Shown here: piece after piece, positions 61,265-64,000 of the stretch
How the letters are laid out: every line of letters begins with the position of its first letter
Position numbering within the stretch: position 1 is the stretch's first letter
Assembly (NCBI GenBank): GCA_038087875.1
Contig: CM075978.1
Span: 179,862,001-179,926,000 of the forward strand
DNA length: 64,000 bases
Direction of reading: 5' to 3'
Source of the DNA: Malacoraja senta
Lineage: Eukaryota
Position numbers and translations under genes: made by a program
Notes under the pieces: generated by a model
What the model was told of the DNA's origin: nothing
The model's input: the letters and a program-made list of their open reading frames with translations, nothing else
Databases searched by the model: none

Positions 61265-62598
61265 TTATTCGCGTTGTTCAATCCGCCGTAAGATGATTAC
61301 GTTGGTCGGTCGTTAGAGAAGCGAAGCTGTTCTAACGGCTGGGAATGATTATCTGAGCTGTGTGAAGTTGAAGGATGCAATGAGTCTTTCGGCGATCGTT
61401 TCGCTGAACACCTCCGCTTAGTCCGCCTTAACCTACCTGATTTCCCGGTTGCTCAGCACTTTAACTTCCCCTCCCATTCCCAATCTGACCTTTCTGTCCT
61501 GGGGCTACTCCATTGTCAGAGCGAGGCCCAGCGCAAACTTCTACTTCTATAACTTCAAATAGCCCTTGCTTTCCCTCTCTCTCCATCTCATCCCCTTTCC
61601 CAGTTCTCCCACCAGTCTTACTGACTCCGACTACATTCTATCTCTGTCCCGCCCATTCCCCTGACATCAGTCTGAAGAAGGGTCTCGACCCGAAACGTCA
61701 CCCATTCCTCCTCTCCAGAGATGCTGCCTGTCTCGCTGAGTTACTCCAGCACCTTCGAATTATCCCAGCATCTGCAGTTCTTTCCTAGACGATCCAACGA
61801 GAATCCGGCTTGATCAACGCTCGGTCCCAGTGCCTCTGCCCAACCGCCCACTGAATCACGACCGGGAACACAAGTGATCACAAGTGACATATAAGCAGAT
61901 GCTGATCGATGGAGCACACGTTCGAGTCAACAACCAGCGTATCGTGCATTTATTTTATGCAGTCTGCGAAAAAATCCTACTTACTATTGATAAATTGATT
62001 TTGAATATCGATGACAGTTCAAACGATGCAAAAAATTGGTATTAACGAACTACATTGTGGACATAAATGGGGCATGTCTGCTTGAAATCTTGCCAATTTT
62101 CTGTGTCGTCATTTCTATGTCTTATATGATCGAGAATGAAATTTAAGATTGAGAGTAGGAGTAAAGCACGCACTAAGAAGAATAAAATTTAAATGATAAT
62201 TTCCACTACTTTGCTACGTGCGGCCGATTTGATTTTAGAAGACGTTCGAAATCCAACCAGTCAAATTATATTTGCAACCTTCGGTTACAGGATATGAATC
62301 ATCCTTCATCGGCTGTAAATGACGCCTCACTTTACATTTGCCAACGCTGCTTTCTGCAGACAAACTAGTTGTAGCTGGTGGCCGGAATGGAAACCAGTAT
62401 GATATTTCACTTACTGCCAGTCGTTGGGAATATTTGCAGAGGTACGACTTTGATCGTTGTTCCATCTGCTTTGGTTGTAAAATAATTACAGACACGTTGA
62501 CACCTTAATGTAGCTACTTGTAAGGTTGTCCCTTTTATTCTACCGTCCGTATGCCGTCATCAACATAATCACCTTTCCGTGACTGTGTTTCCTAACAG

Positions 62599-62893
62599 GT
62601 GGGGAACAGATTTCAAACAACTTACAGCAAATGCCCAAAGAAGTGATTTTACACAAAGGAGGGAACACCACATTCTACTGCATATTCCCTATTTCTCGAG
62701 ACCAATCTCGGGTAATAGTCAAATGGTGGAAACAAGGCGAGAATGAATGCCAACGTGCAAGTACCGACGACAGGAAAAGTTTTGGCGTGAGTGGTCGAGC
62801 AAGCGGGTACTTTGAGTTGAAGAATGCAAAGATCCAAGATTCGTATAGGAATGGCTCCAAGAAATTCAACCGGATCACGTCTAATAGTATATG
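62599..62893 (+). pseudogene. Second copy of the disrupted V exon of paralogue A
   Basis: Same sequence and deletion as 20855-21149. Confidence 0.9.
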
Positions 62894-64000
62894 GTAAGCG
62901 AAAAATAATTGGAGAAGGGAGAATTCATTGTGGAATATAATGGTTTGGTAAACCGAATCACTGTGAAGATGTCCTTTAATGCCTTTTGTGTATGTTATGT
63001 TCAGTATATCTGTTCTATCGCTCTATCTACATTCTGCGAACAAGAGGGTTGAAACTCCGCATGCCTATCCTCCTTTATGAAATTCGGCTCCACTTCACTC
63101 ATCTCGCCAAAATTGGAAACGCGACGTGCGATTTTATAAAATCAAATTAATATTTTTAAAATTCCTTCAAAGTTCATCATGGATCTCTAACCTATGAAAG
63201 TCCAATAAGTGCAAGAAAATATTTCCTTGAATGTTCATTGAGTTGCAGTCGGTTGAATTGTGCAGTTTTGCCCAAACCAGGATGCAATCGCTCCAGTGTT
63301 GTCAGCATTAACTGAAAGTGAACAAATGCCCATGTTCTACTTCTTTAGTTGGAGAATGTTACTCAGATCACATATTTTAAATGACCTTGGCCAATTCACT
63401 CTGGCATCACCTAATTAATCTCCCTAAATTTTATAATTCTGACGTGAAGCGCAATGGAACTTAATATACAAAGTTCGTAAATTCATTTCGTTGCCTGCAG
63501 TCATACATATAATAATAAATGACAAAACACACAATAAACACAAATTAACATCCACCACAGTGAGTTCACCAGGTACCTCCTCACTGTGATGGAGGCAAAA
63601 GTCTTAAAGTCTCTGTCTCTTCCCGCTTTCTTCTCCCTCTGCGCTGAGGCGATCCAGGCTTCTGATGCTGTGGCCCCGCCGGGCGACGGTAAGCCAGTCC
63701 AGCGGCCGAATCCGTGCTCCGCGACGGGCCGGCTCAAACTCCGCGGCCCGGGGTGGTCGAAGCTGCCGAAGCTACCGCCCTCCAGTCCAGCGGACGCAGC
63801 TGTAGTTGCGGGAGCCCCAGAAAAACAGGTCACCAACCTGTGACCTGCGCGCTCCCGACGATGTCGTCGGGCCGAGCCTCCGGATTCAGGTCGCCACCAG
63901 TGTCCTCGGTCGCCACCGCCGGAACGCCACCGCAGCCCCGAAGTTGGCCAGCCTCGCGCTCCCGAAGATGCCGTCCACTGGGCCAGCTGCGGCCGAGCCT

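Larger units (their letters stand above)
40319..64000. repeat. Copy 2 of the duplication, with an extra L1 at 59859-61264; runs off the window end
   Basis: Colinear with 1-~22260, including an N-run at the homologous site. Confidence 0.97.

Overview
Eukaryotic, repeat-rich DNA, most likely an elasmobranch such as a skate or ray. This is inferred from an HE1/V-SINE-like SINE, CR1 LINEs with (CTATTGT)n tails and Penelope-like remnants. Among these repeats lies a tandem cluster of multi-exon, non-rearranging Ig-superfamily receptor genes. Their architecture is germline-joined VJ-type V exon, C1-set exon ending in a Cys-bearing stalk, TM exon with an N-terminal Arg (HIRHALASLVLLILIGVVIG), then a short ITIM-less tail exon. 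Gene A: V 20855-21149, C1 25064-25408, TM 26866-26971, tail 27983-28007. Gene B: candidate leader 33098-33158, V 34612/34623-34931, C1 37524-37836, TM 45267-45372, tail 46409-46484. A second copy of B's TM and tail exons lies at 4949-6166, a second copy of A's V exon at 62599-62893, and relics of a third paralogue at 31516-31654 and 34061-34151. Every copy with a V exon in the window carries a frame-disrupting lesion, some potentially rescued by alternative splicing. Positions 1-~22260 recur almost identically at 40319-64000 (period ~40.3 kb). A 200-N gap lies between the copies, so this is either a very recent segmental duplication or two uncollapsed haplotypes. The copies differ by a young 1.4-kb L1 insertion with a 15-bp TSD. 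Also present: nested CR1s, L1, L2, Rex1/Babar, Penelope-like fragments carrying minimal hammerhead-ribozyme motifs, Helitron/HINE-like elements, minisatellites and a 77-bp palindrome. All calls are by eye, with no database searches.
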